Assembly: GCA_965214705.1 (NCBI GenBank)
Contig: OZ243972.1
Coordinates: forward strand, 992,001-1,056,000
Direction of reading: 5' to 3'
Source: Alphaproteobacteria bacterium
GTDB taxonomy: Bacteria; Pseudomonadota; Alphaproteobacteria; UBA828
DNA length: 64,000 bases
The position numbers and the translations under genes were made by a program. Position 1 is the first letter of the stretch; each line of letters opens with the position of its first letter. Positions 61,517-64,000 of the stretch are shown here, piece by piece. The notes under the pieces were generated by a model. It was not told the DNA's origin. It was given only the letters and a program-made list of their open reading frames with translations, and searched no databases.

Positions 61517-64000
61517 GCGCGGGCGCGCCCACCCTCTACACGGTGCCGCTCCATGTCTCGTTCGTGGATGCGCTGGCGGAGGGCCTGCTCGCCGGCCGGG
61601 TGACGGCGCTCGACCCGGACGACCCGCTGGCGCTGAGCCGCCTCACCATGCTGCTGCCCACGCGCCGCGCCTGCCGGGCGCTGGGCCTCGCCTTCCTCCA
61701 TGCGGCACCGGGGCAGGCGCTGCTGCTGCCGCGCATTCGCCCGCTTGGCGACATCGACGAGGACGAAGCGAGCATCGGCGACGAAGCGGACGAAGCGCTG
61801 CCCGACGCCGTCTCACCGCTGGAGCGCCGGCTCATGCTTGCGCGCCTGATCCAGAGGCTTGGCGAGACGCCGGGCGGCGCGGCGCTCACTGGTGCGGGCG
61901 CCGTGGATCAGGCCGCCCGGCTCGCCAGCGCGCTTGCCAGCCTGTTCGACGAAATCCAGATCGCCCGACGCGACCCCAAGGGGCTCGCCGACCTCGCACC
62001 GGAGGAATACGCGGCGCACTGGCAGCAGGTGCTGCGCTTCCTCTCCCTCATCACCGACAACTGGCCCGCGATCCTGGCGGAGAAGGGCCTGATGGACCCG
62101 GCCGCGCGCCGCAACGCCCTGCTGGAAGCGCTCGCCGAACGGTGGGCTGAGACGCCGCCGGCGCATCCGGTGATCGCTGCCGGCTCCACAGGCAGCGTGC
62201 CGGCCACACGCGACCTGCTGGCCACCGTCGCCCGCCTGCCTCAAGGTGTCGTCGTCCTCCCCGGTCTCGATACGGAGGCCGACGATGCGACCTGGAAGGC
62301 GATCGGTCCCACCCATCCACAGTACGCGCTGAAGGGGCTGCTCGAACGCATCGGCGTCACGCGCAGCGAGGTCGCGCCGTGGCCGGGCGGTGAGGCAGCG
62401 GGCACCGCCGCCACGCGCGCCCGCGCGCGGTTGATCGCCGACGCCATGCGGCCGGCGGAGACCATTACCGCCTGGCGCGCGCTGCCCCCGCCGGCACCCG
62501 ACGCGCTCCGCGACATGCACCGGATCGACTGTGCAAGCCCGCAGGAGGAGGCGGGCGTCATCGCCATCGTCATGCGCCGCGCGCTGGAGACTCCGGGCCG
62601 CACCGCCGCGCTGGTGACGGCGGACCGCGCCCTGGCCCGCCGGGTTTCGGCAGAGCTTAGGCGCTGGAACATCGACGTGGACGATTCAGCCGGTGAGCCG
62701 CTGGGAGAGACGGCGCCCGGCGCCTTCCTGCGGCTCACCGCACGCATGATTGCCGAGCAGGCCGCGCCGGTCCCGCTGCTGGCCGCGCTGAAGCATCCGC
62801 TCGCGGCTGGTGGCCAAGCGCCCGCCACATTCCGCCGCTCAGTGCGCGCGATGGAGACGGCGATCCTGCGGGGCCCCCGGCCTGCGCCAGGGTTCGCCGG
62901 CCTGCGGGTAGCGCTGAAGGAGCATGACGCGGCCATCCGCCCCTGGCTCGAAGGCCTGGAAGCTGCCGCCGCGCCTTTCGCCGCCCTCATGGCCCGGCCC
63001 GAGGCCGACGCGCGCAAACTCTTGCAAGCACATGTCGAATTCGCGGAATGGCTCGCGGCCACGGACGACGAGGCGGGGGCCGCGCGGCTCTGGTCGGGCG
63101 AGGCGGGCGCGCAGGCGGCGTGCTTCGTCGCCGGACTCTTGGAAGCGGCGCCGGCGCTGCTGCCGGTCGCACCTGCCCACTATCAGGCACTGCTCGACGC
63201 GCTGATGGAGGACCATGTGGTCCGCCCGCCCTATGGCCGCCATCCCCGCCTGCAAATCTGGGGTCCGCTGGAGGCCCGCCTGCAACATGCGGATTGCATG
63301 ATCCTGGGCGGGCTGAACGAGGGCGTCTGGCCGCCGGCGGCTGCGGGCGACCCGTGGATGAGCCGTCCCATGCGCGCGGACCTCGGCCTGCCGCCTCCGG
63401 AGCTTCGCATTGGGCTCTCCGCCCACGACTTCGTTCAATGCTGCGGCGCGCAGGAGGTCTATCTGACGAGGGCGCGGCGCATCGAGGGCACGCCGACCAT
63501 CCCGGCGCGCTGGCTCCAGCGTCTCGATGCCTTGCTGCCGAGTGGCTCCGAGGGTGCGGCGGCGCTGCGCACCATGGAGCCCGTGCTGCTCGCCTGGTGG
63601 GCGGCCCTGGACCGGCCGGCAGAGCCGCCCGGCCCCCGGCCTGCGCCGGCACCCGCGCCGCCTGTTACGGCGCGGCCCAGGCAACTCTCGGTCACGAAGA
63701 TCGAAACCTGGATCGCCGACCCCTATTCCATCTACGCGCGGGACATTTTGCGACTCAAGGTCCTTGATCCCGTCGACGCGGACCCGAGCGCGGCGGAGCG
63801 CGGCAGCATCATCCACCAGATTCTGGATGCCTTCGTGCGCGAGCACCCGGACACGTTGCCCCCGGATGCCGAGGCGCGACTGCTGGCGCTGGGTCGGGCG
63901 CAGTTCGAAGCGGCCGGCGCGCGCCCCGGCGTGCTGGCCTTCTGGTGGCCCCGCTTCGAGCGCATCGCCCACTGGTTCCTGGAGACCGAACAGACCCGGA
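61513..64000 (+). CDS. addB: Double-strand break repair protein AddB (partial, runs off the window)
   Basis: Read from ATG 61513 (absent from the ORF track): F.DALA.GL, LLPTRRA.R.L, LLLPRIRPLGD.DE, AAGSTGS.PAT, VVLPGLD, DDSAG.PL, I.GPLEARL, LSVT.IE.W..DPY.IYA; follows murU. Confidence 0.92.
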   Translation, partial: MSAGAPTLYTVPLHVSFVDALAEGLLAGRVTALDPDDPLALSRLTMLLPTRRACRALGLAFLHAAPGQALLLPRIRPLGDIDEDEASIGDEADEALPDAVSPLERRLMLARLIQRLGETPGGAALTGAGAVDQAARLASALASLFDEIQIARRDPKGLADLAPEEYAAHWQQVLRFLSLITDNWPAILAEKGLMDPAARRNALLEALAERWAETPPAHPVIAAGSTGSVPATRDLLATVARLPQGVVVLPGLDTEADDATWKAIGPTHPQYALKGLLERIGVTRSEVAPWPGGEAAGTAATRARARLIADAMRPAETITAWRALPPPAPDALRDMHRIDCASPQEEAGVIAIVMRRALETPGRTAALVTADRALARRVSAELRRWNIDVDDSAGEPLGETAPGAFLRLTARMIAEQAAPVPLLAALKHPLAAGGQAPATFRRSVRAMETAILRGPRPAPGFAGLRVALKEHDAAIRPWLEGLEAAAAPFAALMARPEADARKLLQAHVEFAEWLAATDDEAGAARLWSGEAGAQAACFVAGLLEAAPALLPVAPAHYQALLDALMEDHVVRPPYGRHPRLQIWGPLEARLQHADCMILGGLNEGVWPPAAAGDPWMSRPMRADLGLPPPELRIGLSAHDFVQCCGAQEVYLTRARRIEGTPTIPARWLQRLDALLPSGSEGAAALRTMEPVLLAWWAALDRPAEPPGPRPAPAPAPPVTARPRQLSVTKIETWIADPYSIYARDILRLKVLDPVDADPSAAERGSIIHQILDAFVREHPDTLPPDAEARLLALGRAQFEAAGARPGVLAFWWPRFERIAHWFLETEQTR

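Overview
This 64 kb window is GC-rich chromosomal DNA of an Alphaproteobacterium; gene order resembles Rhodospirillales-type organisms (inferred from recalled synteny, not a search). About 63 genes are densely packed. Most are housekeeping blocks: valine catabolism (acyl-CoA dehydrogenase, HIB-CoA hydrolase, mmsB), nadK-moaA, comF/nitrilase/DUF1178/ubiG-lysC, rodZ-hisS-prfA-prmC-clpB, purH, mtnA, purF-cvpA-radA-mlaFE, tRNA-Thr(GGT), a consolidated PTS cluster (hpf-ptsN-hprK-rapZ-EIIA-HPr-EI), and ahcY-tsaE-amgK-murU-addB (truncated by the window end). No integrase, transposase or CRISPR array was seen. The outstanding region is 12.2-16.6 kb. It encodes a secreted cytochrome P460-family protein carrying about 67 Cys in C-x-P repeats, and a separate small secreted protein built of two IVVAD-led cassettes of the same C-x-P repeat. 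These two genes flank a secreted FGE/SUMF1-family enzyme with a CxxC motif and a His-rich protein of unknown function, next to a c2-type cytochrome. This looks like a candidate undescribed periplasmic Cys-repeat metal/redox or RiPP-like system. Other oddities are an F420 module (npdG plus an LLM oxidoreductase), an M23 peptidase with five tandem LysM-like domains, a CapD-like dehydratase with an apparent in-frame internal deletion, a short HPF, and several genes missing from usually conserved clusters. All annotations come from reading motifs by eye.
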